64,000 bases of DNA from Lama glama (lineage: Eukaryota), in NCBI GenBank assembly GCA_028534125.1, contig CM052816.1, positions 67,706,001 to 67,770,000 on the forward strand, read 5' to 3'. How positions within the stretch are numbered: position 1 is the stretch's first letter; every line of letters begins with the position of its first letter. Positions 28,882-42,956 of the stretch are shown one piece after another. The position numbers were made by a program, and so were the translations under genes. The notes beneath the pieces are model-generated. The model had not been told where the DNA came from, did not search any database, and saw only the letters and a program-made list of their open reading frames with translations.

Positions 28882-30829
28882 CTTTGGATTATTTTTAATG
28901 TTCCCAGATTAATGGAGGAAAAGGCATATAGTGCTGAATTAGAGCACAAAGTCTTCTACAGCCTTTGCTAGGAGAATGATTTCTTCCAAATCCTGTGGAA
29001 CAGCTAGCACCATTTCAACAGTACTTCCCTCTAGCTGGTGGAAAGGCACGTTAACTGGGATGCTCAGAATAAGGAAAAACGACTTCCTGACAAATGTAAC
29101 TTTCCTTCTCTATGCTTTTTGCTAGAAAACCTCTCTGCTCAACGAATGCTGGCATGCCTACTACACGTAAGCCCTGGGCTAGGCAACAGAGATACAAATA
29201 CAAAGTGGGATAAAGAAACAAAAGATAAATAGGACAGCCCTCTATCCCTCTAGGTGCTTAGTCTAGCAGAACAGAGAAAACAGATGCCAGCTCTGATATA
29301 ATAGAAGTATTTTAATACATCATAAATAGTTGCAAGGATGGAGTGGATCTCCATCCTTAATTTTATCTAGGGGAATCCTGGAAAGATCTATAGGTACAGG
29401 TGCAGTTCTGTTACCAGTGACAGACAAAAATGGACTGAACAAGTTACCAGCTGTTACTGGAATGTTTACTACTTTAAGTATTTTTCAAAAATACTTTTCT
29501 CTACTCATCAAAGTAATCACTTCCGTAACAACCTACTGTAATGCCTGAATAATTTTAAAGAAAAGAACAGGACTGGCAGGCATGGATCTGATGAAGGCTG
29601 AAATATTTTCTTAACAAAAGAAACAGCTTTAGTGAAAATAATGTTCTATAAAATACTAAACAGCTTATAATTCTGCTGTTTAGGAAACACTAGGTAAAAT
29701 AGTTAAATGCATTTATTTAAAGACCTCTGTGCATCATACTTCTCCAAGTGAGAAAAAGAAAAGGAAAAAAAAAGAAGGTACACAGCATTCTTCACACTTA
29801 TTTACTTATATGGCACGGAAGTCCTTTTTAGCAGAACACCTCTGACAGAGTAGTAGTCCTTGAATTAAACTGTGAGAAAGCTCTACTGGATCATCTCTAG
29901 AGTCCTTTCTGATTCAAATTAGTCAGTAGGTTTAAGAAGAAAAGTCCAGAGAAGAAACTAACACCAGCTGTTTTAATGTCTTAATATATGACTTCCCAAG
30001 CTATCATAAAATTCAGCGATTGTCTTTAGAGCAACTGACACTCCAAGAATTTGAAATATGGGGAAAAAGATTATTTGACAGCCAGCTAGAGACGGGTATA
30101 TTCACCTGGTACAAACCCCATCCTAAGAGAAGTGGGTGTCAGACATTCAAACTTGGCCCAGTCTAACCACTAGCAGAGGCCAGAGTCTGTCACTAAGATT
30201 TGCTCCTGGCCCAGTCCACTTACTCTCTGCCAAAGACTTAGGTCTGGGGTGAAGACAAAGAAGACATTAGCCAAAAAAACCAAAAACCGCCTGACAAGCT
30301 ATTTTCTTTAAAAATCTTTAAATGTCTAGAGGAAAGCCCCAGAATATGAAATAAAAAAGGGGCCTGGGGCACAGTCCTCACTCCACTGCAAAGCCCTGGA
30401 GCGCTGGTGCAGCAGGAGCACCCATGGTCGCCCCCACTGACAGCAGCACTCCTGGCGGTGTCTGCTGGGAAGCAGGTCAGGCGGGAAGCAGCATCAATGC
30501 CCAGCAGAGGCAGTGAGACCAATGTGGCTGAAGGAGGCGAGGGCAAGGGCTGAGGAGGCAGTGTTGTTCAGGGGCAGCAATAGGGAACTGACCAAATTCA
30601 TACACCGGTGCATGGGCAGCCCACACTGGAGAGTTTAGGAAGAGGAGGGTTGTCTCTTAGGGGTATTGAGGGTAACGGCCAAACCAGTAAAATCTGGGTT
30701 GTATCCACAACAAAATCAAAAGGGCTTCTTGTTCAACAAAGATGACATAACTTGAAGGACACGTTCCTAGGATAGGGTAGATAAAGAAGTCATACCACAA
30801 ACATAATCAAGATGTATGGCATGGAGATC

Positions 30830-31480
30830 AGTGGCATGAGTTCTGGAGCTAGAATGCCTGGGTTCAAATCCAAGGTTTGACACCTACTAGCCATATGGCT
30901 CTGGCCCAAGTTATTTAACCCCTCTGTACCTCAATTCCCTCACTAAGAAAAGGATAATAACACCCACCACATGAAGTGGCTATTAGGATTAAATAAGTCA
31001 GTATGTAAAGTGCTTAAAAGGAAGTTCACCTCCCTAATTTCCTCCCATTAATTTCTTCTGTAAAATGGAGGCAATAGCTAATATTTATGATGCACTTCCT
31101 ACGTGCCTTTCATTTTACGCCCTTTACTTACAGTTCTCACCTCATAGAGTTTTAAAATGAATAAACATGGATGAAGCACTTCAAACAGTGCCAAGTGTGC
31201 GATAAGCACACAATAATGGAACCTCCATGACCACCACAGTCATCACTGTTTCTGCTGCTGCCGCTCCTCTTCACGGAGCACCTCCCCTGTGCTAGGTACT
31301 GCGCCAGGTGCCGCCAACACACGGCCCGAAGTCTCCCACACGGCAAGACACATAGTCTCCACTGCGCAGATAAAGGAACTCTTACAGCGAGATTAAGGGA
31401 CTTGACTAAGAATCCACGGTGAGTGGGGATTCTGAGTTTCAAAACCAGGTCTCTCTGGCTTCAAAGCCTTGTGCTCTTCC
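30830..31480. mobile_element. Cluster of MIR SINE fragments
   Basis: MIR core motifs: gcctgggttcaaatcc, aagttatttaacccctctgtacctcaattccctca, tctgtaaaatgg, cagataaaggaact. Confidence 0.7.
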
Positions 31481-34400
31481 TGCTAGTCTCTGTTGCTTGG
31501 TAATTTCCTGTAACATGAAAGTCAAAAAACAGATGAAAACAGCAAAATACAACTATGTTTCTAGTTTCGGGAGGTAACAGTGTTGACTCATCTGGAGTGA
31601 GACACCTGGCTGTACAAGGCTGCTACGGGTGCAGGGAGGGAGGGAGACCAAGGAGGTTCTAACTGCTGCTTCAATAATCGATTCTTCACAGACCTAACTG
31701 CAGCAAATATAATAAAATATTACCATTTATTAGCCACAGGTGAAGGTTTTATATTATTCTATAATACTTTTCCTCTGTATTTTTCTGTATGGTTGAAATA
31801 TTTCCTTAAAAATAAACATGTGGTACTGAATTATTACTCTCTACATTGTGGGAGGCTTCATGGAACCAAAGTAAAATAATAGAGGACTGGGGAGTCCGGA
31901 GATTCAGAGTCAAATCCTAACTAGGCCATTAACCAGCTACATAGTCTTAAATAATTCACAACATTTCTGGAGTACAAGAACTTACAACTCCCAGGAGGAA
32001 CATTCAAGGAAGGAGAGACCACAAAACATAGAGTTTAAGGTTGTTGTTTTTTTATTTTTTTTTACACTGTAAACATTAACTTTTCTAGCCTTCTTTTTGT
32101 TTTTCATGAAAGAACTACAAATTTCTCTTCCTTAAAAGACACATAACCATTCGGCATATTTAAGTGTGATGAGTCAAAAAGATCTGAAGTATGCCAGAAA
32201 TGAGAAATGAAGGCTGGTGGTGCTCTGGCCAAGTCTCAGCTCCAGTCGTGACAAGTTTCCAATCTGAATTCTAACTTCCCCAGCCCAGGGCTCTCTGCAG
32301 CCACACAGCATGCTTTTCCCATAATCTGCTTTCATAATTTCAGAGACGCTTAATCTGTGTCAAATCACAAAGGCGATGGTTTACTTTTTTTTTAAAAGGA
32401 GAAAAGCTGGGATAGTGTAAACATTTAATGAGTCATTCTGAGTGCTAATCTGAAAACACAATTACTGTTAAAATATTTTTGCTTTTGTATTGTTAAAAAT
32501 CATAATGTTCTCAGAGAATGCTTGCAATTCAGCCAATTAATACTCCTTATTTAAGTAACATGAGTCAATGTCACTGCAACTTATTTACTTACTTTTTTCA
32601 TTTTACTTTTAAGATCTACTCTCTTAGACACAATTTACTCTTTAAACTGAAAAACAGAAACAAAAACAAAAAACCCAGTGACTCAACTTTGGTGAATTAC
32701 ATCTAGTGTTCAGGCTATAAGCCTGACATATTTGGGTTAGACAACATAAACATTTTATATGGAATGAATTGTAACACCGTACACTATGTATTTTGTTTGT
32801 TACTTACTTCAGGATTTTAATACACAGCATTATCCTTCAGTGGGCTGTACAATTAATCTGTCTAATCAGCAAGTATAAACCAACCTAGCATACACTTCAC
32901 CTCCTCTTACAGAAATTACTCTTACACAGTCTGCTAAACAAGTGGAAAAGCTGGAGACAATTGACGCCTAGCAACATATTAAGCCAAAACACCACAAATG
33001 TGCCAATTAACTGCAGATAATGGCTATGTGAAATTCTCAAATGAAATATTTTACTTCTGATACTGGTGTATTTGCTAGTGTTCTCGTTTTCAACCTTTCA
33101 TAGAGAGGAACTACCAAAAAGTATCACATGGTTTACTGTGAAGTAGGTATCTGGATCTGCAGGATAACCTTAGGAATCTCCCCAAGTGACCTATGGCCAA
33201 GCTGTGACCAAACAATCTCTGTACTAATATCCCCAGTAGATCCTCAATCCCCTTCAGTTATTCCTTGGAATCATTTCTTCCTAACCATTTGCTCACCCAT
33301 TCCTATTCCTATATATTCCATATATCCATCTTAAAACAAACAATAAACCTTTGGGGCAGTGAATACATTAAAATAATGGAAAGGTTTTGAAGCTTCCAAA
33401 GTGCTGAATCATGTTTACGTTTCAGTTTTATTTTGGTTTTATTTTAACTGGTTTTGGAGGCACAAGCTCCCTCTAAGAATATTAGCCACCCTAGTTAATC
33501 CACTGAAAGATGGGACCAGGGGTGAATCTAACTTCTTTGTTTACTGTCTGTCATAAACTACCTATTGGAGTTAACTATAGCACACAGTTGGAGAAACTAA
33601 GAATTCAAAGTGAGACAACACTCTAGGAATGGAATGGGAGGGAAGAAAAAATATCTTCATTCAGTAGGTGGCACTCTTTCCTTAAAAATGCAACTTAGGC
33701 AACTACTAATATCAAAGATGTCATCTGCCCTCTAATCACTTGAAAGAGAAGCCACAGGAATTCTGATACCCTGTCCCAAATATCGTCTGAATCATTATTT
33801 TCTGTCTACCTAAATGTCTTCTCATTTCAATGGAATTCTGGAGGTGTTCATAAATATGCCAATTTCTTTTCACTGTAGCAAAAGGTACAATTTAGTAGAA
33901 CCAATTGCATTTATTTTAAACTGGCAGGTTTTGACTTATAATTTAGCCTGGTATATATGCTTCAAAAGATATTCATCCTAACTATTTTCCAATTTTAATG
34001 AGTTATAAAATAATCTGAATGGAAATGTGACAAAGGACTGTACCTATAATATGTAAATTATATTATTGTTTTATTCTCGTTTTAAGACATAACAGCAACT
34101 CTTTTTTTCAAAAGCATGCATGTGAATATTCTTTGTAACCAGAAAAACTTTGACTCAACTTTGACTTCATTGTCATTCTGGCTGATACTTAACCTCAAAC
34201 TTTTAAGTTGAAAAACAGAAACAAAGCAGGCAATTAATAAAATGTGAGTTTATCAGTACACAAAGGGAGCAAAACATAAAAATAAAACTTGCCTGGTTTT
34301 CCTTAGATATATCTCTTGGTCTCAATACCCTGTAGTTCCTACCTCTTCACTCAAGTTCCAGGGTCACCCTTTCCTTGGAGAAACTATCCCAGATGCAGCC

Positions 34401-37400
34401 TTGGCCTTCCGCATTGCTCACGGCCCCTCTAACTCAGTCAGGCGTGAGGAAAGGTCTTCCTCTGCCCTAACTCAGCAAATAGCACTCTGTTATAATGGCT
34501 TCTTACTTATCTGTCTCCCACATTTGACTAAGATCCTTGAGGGCAAAAGTGGGTCTTAACTTTATGTTCCCGCCCTAGCAGAAAATCTGGCACATGGCAG
34601 ATACTAAATAAACATGCACTGAAAAAAGGAACAGACTGATCTTTCCCCTCGGGCTGTGTTTTACTTGAGAACAAGGCCTGTGTCTTACTCATCCACCACT
34701 TTACAGCGGTGACTCTTAATGCTTGGTACTTGTACATGGCAGGTTGTGAGGAAGCAACATCCTTCCAATATGAGTCTCCAGACCAGAAAGATCTCTAAGA
34801 TATAAATAAGCTTCGCTAAGGCCCTTATATAAACCAAGTCCCCACCATTAATTCTAGGGGCACTGCAGAAAGAGAGAGGAGCTGGGAATACCAGTAAGAT
34901 TACCAGTAAAAGTGACAGATTTCATCCCCAGTAAAACATTAAGAGATGGTCAATAAGAGAAGCCCCAAACTATGAGCCTAGACACATGTATTTCAGTGAA
35001 AAAAACACTATCCCATAACTTTGGAATTTGTCCGTGTCTTTAATTTTGTTAATGCCTATTGATTTTTCTGTAGCTAATAGAAAGAAAACATCCTGGAGAA
35101 AACCCCAGAAGATTTCGTGTCTGGGAGGGGAAAGGCAGAAGCCACAAGACTACATCCCACTAGGAAGCAACCTGAGTGGGAGAAAGGGAACTAGCTGAGG
35201 GGGTCAGTGATTAGGGTGCCTCCAGGGAAGGGACAGCACTAAAACCCCAAATCCAAACTCCTCACACCTGGATTCTCCTAGTTTGGGGGAAACAGCTGGC
35301 AGGATGCATCTGAAACCACATCGTAAGTATGAAAAATAGAGCATCTACTTTTAGAATGTAAATTTTATTTCAAGATTTGGGAGAGGGGTGCAGTGATAGT
35401 TCTGTGTTAAAAATACAAGTATGACTAAAAGGTAAAATTCAAATAATTAAGGTAAACTCTGAAAACTAGGGACTTGAATCAATTTTGTTCAGTGTTCCCC
35501 GGAGGGCAGGCTGCAGAGCAGGCTCCTGGGTACTTTCTCTTCAGCAGAAGTTTGCTGAATGGATGACCAGAACATAATTTATCTATGGCACAACCACTAG
35601 CCACACATAAGTAATAAGTCACCCTCTACTTGAAGCAGAGATAAACTGCATTAACTGCCAAGTATCAGCAATATCTCTACCAAGAAAGTCTATCAGTTAT
35701 GCAAGATAATGAACAATATTTATAGGGCTATTTCTAAATATGCCCTAAATTATTTTTCTAAAAAGAAATCATTTAAAAATATTGATATTTTATTATTACC
35801 AAGAAAGTATTCTTGGATCACCTCCCCTGGTTTATCACCACACCACGCCTTCAACATCAAAATCTGACTGGCTACCAGTCAGGTATGCTCACACCCAAGT
35901 TAACACGGAACCTGGACAGTATTTCTGTGCAGTAACGACAACTGACAATTAGGAAGAGGGTAGAGAGATGCAACAGCCACCAGAAGGCTTCGACAGAAAG
36001 CAATCTTCTGAACACATGGACCAGGAAGGTCACTTTAGTGTTCAGGTCATCCTAAGGGAAGGCCACAAAACATGAAAAAAAACGTGCAAGTAGAAACCAT
36101 GAAATGGGTTCCAAGAACACTTACAACCACATTTTTGTGAAACCGTAATGCCTATGAGAACAGGGATTTCTGTCTGTTTCATCACTGCTGTATTCCTAGT
36201 GCCTGGCATGTAGCCAATTCTTTATAAATTTCTTGAGTGTGTGACTATTTTGTTATACCATGAGCAATAATAGTTTAAACACAGAAAACTCCTACCAACA
36301 TCTTCTATAACCATGGCAAACTTTCAATCACAGGCTGGCTTCCTAGTCACTATGTGGTCAAGTACCTTCCAAGCTCCCTCGAGACATGTCAGTATTTCTG
36401 AAAACCACACCCAGTAAAACTCAGGTTTTAAAAACCGACCTTGCCTCCTCTCTTTGCTCCATCTCTTCAGCCTAATGAATATTCTTCTATCTTCTTGCCT
36501 TAAAACAAAACCCAACCAACCTAACCCCCAAACACTTCTTTACCTTTGCAAATCCTTGGGCTTCCTGCCTCTCTTCCCCTCCATCCTCCTCCAGCTTCTC
36601 AAGAGGAGTCATGCTTCCTCACCACCCTGTCATCCCTTAAGGAAGCACAGTGGCTCCAACGTCCATCATTCCACTGAAACTGTTGGTCTTGAGACAGTCC
36701 CTGCTGCTCTTGGTCCTGCCCAGTGGGATAGCTACTGCTGACCATTTTCTTCTTGGGTAAAATTCTCTCCTTTACCTCTCAGGTGTCATCTGTCCTGCAG
36801 GTTCCTCTCTGCTCTCTTCCAGGAAATCCTGGCACTCCTCAGAGGGAGGAATCTGAGCTAGAATTCCCCACCCTGCTTTCAGAGGTATGGATATGAGCCT
36901 GGGCCTACCTATCAAGGAATTAAAATTGCCTATTCATTCCTCATCCTTGGCAATTGACTCTGAGCAACTCAAGATTCAACTGAGCAAAGCTGTCATTAGA
37001 GAGAAACACTGTAAGGAACCATGAAACCTGAATCCCAGAGGTGGAATCACTATCAGTAAGACATAAAACTAAACATAGTTTACTTTCTGCAAGTTGTTTA
37101 ATTAAAAGCTGTATATAATTATAATACATATAATAAAATCATTTTCGGGAGTCTGACACTGAATCATTCTGGATTTTTTTTGAGGGGAGTCAACTCAACA
37201 TTTTTATTAAGAGGTCTTTCTTACAAGTACAACAGTGTTTCTTTCTTCATCTTTTTCCTTCATTGCCTACCCTAAAAGGACAATCAGCAGGCAGCATTTA
37301 TGAAGATGTCCTCATATCCAGTATATACAAGAATGCTGTCAAATCCAGGTAGAACCTACAGGTTATCCCTCAGTTTTCTCCAAGAGCGTCTCTTGAAACT

Positions 37401-38274
37401 AGTTACCAGTAATCAATAACTCACTAGAGAACACAACTGAATTATCTTGTTACTCCCCCAGCTCTTATCTGGGGATCAGCTCCTAGCACAGTAGTGTACA
37501 CACAGTATGTCAGTAAACATTACTGAGTTTGAAGAGACAGTATAAGTTTCCATAAGCAGTACATATATAAGATTTCTGGGACAGCAAACACATTACTATT
37601 ATTAATTTAAGAAAACAAAATAATGGAATAGTAGAGACATAGTTAAGGGCACAGATATTTATCTTGTCTTAAAGGAGATTTCAGTTTTACCTGAGTGACC
37701 TTTCTATAGTTAAACTCAAAGATAATCTCCTTTGTTGGAAAGGCATAGAGTCAGGGAGATTACTGAATTCTGTCAGAGCCAGTAAGCTCTTGTAATTATT
37801 AAAGAAGATGCCTGCTGAACACAAATAGAGATCCCATACTTGATAAGCGGGCATTCATTAACTTATATTACTAGCAGAGAACAAACATCAGTAAGAGAAC
37901 AAACGAACTGAAGTTCATTTAGGCATAACTTCATATTGGATGCTGGCCCTAGAAATTAGTATCTTTACTCAAGTTAGTAAATAGGCACAACCAACAATCA
38001 AAACACACCAACTGAAAGAATGCTGAAGTCTGAATTTAGCTTTAATTTAAAACCACTGAATGAAATGAAAATCACTAGCTATTTTTTTCATGACCTATTT
38101 ATAAACAGCTCTAATAGCTATGTTTAGATGTAAGAAGTTTCAAAATGCCTGAGGTACCTGAGGCAGCTACCTCAGAGCAGGCACTAGGATGCTCAGGTGT
38201 GAGCCCAGGAAAAGGGGAAGAGGAGGGAGTATGTGTAGACATAGAGCAGAGAGCATCAGGAGTTCTGTTTTGTT

Positions 38275-38505
38275 TTAATTGAAGCACAGTCGATTTACAA
38301 GTGTTGTGTTAGTCTCTGGTATACAGCATAGTGATTCAGTTATACACATATGTGTATGTTCTTTTTTGTATTTTTCACTGTAAGTTACTACAAGATGTTG
38401 ACTATAGTTCCCTGTGCTGTACAGTAGGATCTTGTTACCTACTTTATACACAGTAGTTAGTATCTGCAAATTCCAAACTCCCAATTTATCCCTCCTCTCC
38501 CCCTG
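38275..38505 (-). mobile_element. L1 3' end fragment
   Basis: ttaattgaagcacagtcgatttacaagtgttgtgttagtctctggtatacagcatagtgattcagttatac, homologous to 1470-1700. Confidence 0.85.
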
Positions 38506-39483
38506 ACCGCCTCTTACTACTTCACTTGGCTGGAGAGGCCCCCTAACTTTTCTGAGGTATTCCCACCAACTGTAAAATGAGAATGATGCCTATGCCACAG
38601 GGCGAAAGCTCCCCAAGTGTTAGCAATGACCACCTCTATTGCACATGCACTCAAAGCACATCTCCCATTGTGGGCAAAGGTCTGTGCATTGAAGAAATTC
38701 AACCAAATCTGCACCCTGAACCTCTGTTCTTTTCTGACAGAGTAAACACACTGAAGCCTAATCTTGTGTTTACAACTGGTCTTATTTTATAGGAACTTCA
38801 CATAACAATGAAAAATGTGAAAATGTTTCACTTCTGTTTCCTGCATATTTTGGAAGATCTAAACATAATTTTAAAAATCATCACCAGGTATGATTTTTAC
38901 TTCAATAAAAGCCAAAAGAAGGAAACGAATAAGATGATGAAATCTGTGCTCTGATGTAACTCAAACCTATCTCCTGATTTAAAAAAAATACAAAAGTATG
39001 CATAAAAGAGTACAATCTTGGCATCGAACTGCCAGGGTTCACACCCAGGCTTCACCTCCTAGTAGTTGCCAAGTTAACTTGACCTCTCAGGGTCTCTGTT
39101 TTCTCATCTGTAAAATGGGAATAAAAACTGCACTTATGTCACAAGGATAGTACAAGGGTCACCCAATAGTACGGGGTCAGGAGTCACCCAATAGTATGAA
39201 GACAGGAAGTCAGCCTGGAGTAAAAAATATGCAGGTAATCTGACATGTAAAGAAGACTTGATCACAAATACAAACGCTATCAGTGTTCAAGAAATAATTT
39301 ATAAAATGAAGTTTATTTTTAATAAAGAACACAGAAATACAGGAAAAAGTGTGGATGCACTGGCTCTATAGGAACATTACTATAGCACAGAATTCTGTGT
39401 AAGTTGCTCACCAAAGATCCTGTAAAGACAGGTTCCAGCACAACCTGCCAGTATGGAATGAAAAGTCAGTACTAAGCAAGACT

Positions 39484-39506
39484 TGTGTGTGTGTGTGTGT
39501 GTGTGT
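39484..39506. repeat. (TG)11 microsatellite
   Basis: Directly visible. Confidence 0.95.
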
Positions 39507-42500
39507 AGGCATTTGGGGAGGTAGCATGTGTATGTGTAGGGGGCTGGGGGTGTAAGAAACAGAGACAGAACTCAGAAAAAACAATTTCATCTTGGCTCAG
39601 TGTATGGCCAACCATATTCTCTTCTTAGATAAGAAATTTCTACTAATTTGTCTTTAGTAATTAAAATACATTCAGTATTTTGGGGAACCTTTAACAAGAA
39701 TAAAGCATTATATTACATAATGTAATTCTGAACACATTTCTTTTGCAAGGTGTTGTATTTAGAGATAAGCTGACTTCAGACTCTACTGGTTTTCTATATT
39801 ATCACCAAAACTTGGCCCAGGAAATAAGAGGGAGAAGAGAAATCAAGAAGTTCTTGAGTATAAACCTTTCTCTTTGATGCAAAAACTGCCTTTTGAATGT
39901 AAGCCCAATAAGGGAAGGCTTTGTTCTCATATGTTTTGGGCACTATTTAAAACTCTCCTAGCAAATCCTCTTGCAGTGGAGGGAATGACTATCCACCTAT
40001 GAAACTGCAGGATGATTTCAGTTTTCATTGTGCAAATGATGGTCTAGCTACCTTATTTATTCATGACCAAACCTGTAGCCAGTTATCATAATCAGTCACA
40101 ATAGGCTGGAAGAATGGTGCTAAGACAACCAAGACTCAGAAGGACTTTGCTTTCTTATCACAGCCTTGTCTGGAAATCATGTGTTGTTAGCATGCAGTAA
40201 GTGCTCCCAATACCTGAGTAACTGATCCCAACAATCAGAAATGGAGAACTGCATGGGTTTTGACGGAAGCAGGAAGGGTCAAATATCCTTCACTACTAGG
40301 AATCTAAGACAAACAGTAATTACCGCTAGATGTCCATGTGCTCAGCAATGAATTATGAGCAGCTCAGTTCTATGTATGCAAATAGTGAGGGCAAGAGAGT
40401 TCTCTGTGAGTATGCTTCCAACTGGTATAACCACAATGATTAAATCAGTTTAAAATTTCTATTCCAAAATGACTTGAAAGTCAGATTTTCTAGAATTTGA
40501 GCCCCAAGTGATTGGATTAAAAAGAAACAAAAGATTCATAGTGAGATTCATACTTTTCAGTAATTGCCAACTCTGTACAAATTATGTGAAAAGAACCCCC
40601 TAAATAGAATCAAGTCTAAATTTTCACAACTAGGAAACAATACAACTAAGTGTCACTGAAAAATGCATTTTAAAAAGTTTCAGTAAAAAAAAAGTATGTA
40701 TACATATGTATATTTATAAAAAGGTCTTTATAAACATAGGAAAAAGTCAAAGGATTGTTTTGCTCATTAGAGGTTATCCTTAGGGAATGTCCCTTCCTTA
40801 TACAATTAAAGTTGAGGGAGAAAAAGACAGTTCTTAACAGCAGTAAAGTTACCAAAAATTAGACTTAAAGTTATTTTCAAAACTGTGCTCTAAGCATATC
40901 TGCTAAACACAAACATGCAAATGACCTTGCCCTATTTTCTCCACTTTGCAAAATACTGTTCTCCCAGCATAGCAACATGCTTTTAAAAGATTAAATATTT
41001 TCTCATCATTTAATGTCAGTTAACAAATATGATTTCTCTTTTCTGAGCCTTCATTCCTTTTCATTTGTATTTCTCTTTATAGCTGGTACCCATGTTTAAA
41101 ATTCCAGGAGTTTATAAGTTCAAAAAAATAATTGTTTCAATAATTAGAACTAAATTTAGCCATAAGAAATAGTTTTCAAATGAAATTTTTGGAATTTAAT
41201 CTGCCAGAGCTTGCAAGGAACCAAAAGATTATGTAAGCCAACCTCTTCTTTTCATAGATGAGACCTAGGAGACCAGTCTTAGGTCCTCACAAAGTCATGA
41301 GAACCCTGATCTTCTATTGATGACATGCTTTCTCCCACATCAGGTAATTCTGAATGCTGCATTTTCCATTATTCTCAAAAATAATTTCAAAATAATAAGG
41401 AAAAATATATGGCTCTCAAGATGATGTATAATCTATACAAACTGCGTCTGCTGAACCAATGGTAACTAGTAAGGTAACTGTGAGTCTCTTTACTTCATCC
41501 TCATCTGTACAGTCCAAGGGTTAAGGAGCAAATCTTCACAGTTACTTGCAGTGATGTTATTGACAGTTAATGTTTACTGAGTGCTTCATTAACTTGTCTA
41601 ATCCCCACCACTCACCCCATTTTCAAGATGAGAAAGTTGAAGTTCAGAGAAGTTAAGTGACTCCCTCAGAGTCCAATGGTGGTAAGTGACTAAAAGGTCT
41701 GACTTCCTGAACCCAGCTCCTTATCACTACCTTGCACTGCCTCTGAAATGTAATCGCGTAGTTCCAAAACCACATTCAGGAACAGAATGGCTGGGATTCA
41801 TTTGCCTGAGAACATTTCCCAATCTGTGAGCCTCTGAAACCCTGGGGAACTGTTGAGAGTGCAAGAGCCACAGCTCCCAGACTGTGGCCTGACTGTCCTG
41901 TACCAGCTCCCATGTGACTCCTCCTTGGGCCTCCTGACCCACTTCCTAGAGCAGTACAGTTACCTGTCAAACTACAAAGGCTTTTTATTTTGCCCTGAGC
42001 AGGGTGATCTAAGGATTGCCAAGGGGAGCAACAAGGAGGAGAGGGCTCTGCATGGTTCTCTGGCCAGAGACAGGAATTTTGTCCCCTGGCTTGGCTGCTG
42101 AGCCCTGTCTACACCCTGCTCTTGGTCCAGACAGAGCTACCTGAACTACTCACAGTCCTCCACATCAGCACACAAGCCTCCCGCAGACTTCTGGGCCTGT
42201 GTGTGTTCTCCACACACCCCTGCCCCTATCCCGAGGCCACAAAACCTCCCTGCAAGTCTCTTTCACCTGTTTAACCCTTCTGTGGTCTTCAGGACCTGGT
42301 GGACCTCCCATTTCCCAGAAAACCCTCCTTACCCACCTCTATTCCCAGCTGAATGAGGCCAGTACCACCCTTGTCATCAGGTAGACTGTTACCTCGTTCA
42401 GCTCTTTCATGGGCTTCATTCCTGCTGGTCCCCCAGCACCTTGGTGCCTGGCTCACAGCAGTCACTCCAAGAGTGTTCCTGAAGGCATGACTCTGCCCTT

Positions 42501-42790
42501 GTCAGGAGTAATGACAGCACTGACAATGGGCACTCACCCTGGCATGTTTACTACCCTGCCCTTTCATTTTCTAGAAAGAACACCCACAGACCAGACAAAA
42601 AGATTTGGAATGACCCCACATCAGATGTGCTTGTTTTCCTACAACCCATCAGCTCCTGTGGAGGCCAGGCAGCTGATACAAACCTTGTGATGGACGTGTC
42701 TAGGCCGTGACCAGCTCTGTGCTTAAAGCACTTGAGCATGTTTGTTCTCTGACTTGAGATGGTCTTGGATTATTCTGGATGACAGCAATA

Positions 42791-42956
42791 CAGTCACCAT
42801 CCCCCCAACCCAGCCATAGCCACAGGACACTGATTCCAGGACCCCTTGAAGATAACAAAATCTGCAGCTGCTCAAGCCCTTATACTGTAAAACTGTGCGG
42901 TATGGTTCCTCTGGGTTCCCAAGAGCTCTGCAACCACAGACACTGAGGGCAGACTG
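42791..42956. mobile_element. MER2/Tigger-like MITE (internally deleted)
   Basis: ta|cagtc...ttccaggacccc...aaaatctgcagctgctcaagcccttata...gagggcagactg|ca; cagtc/gactg ends with one TA flank retained. Confidence 0.6.
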
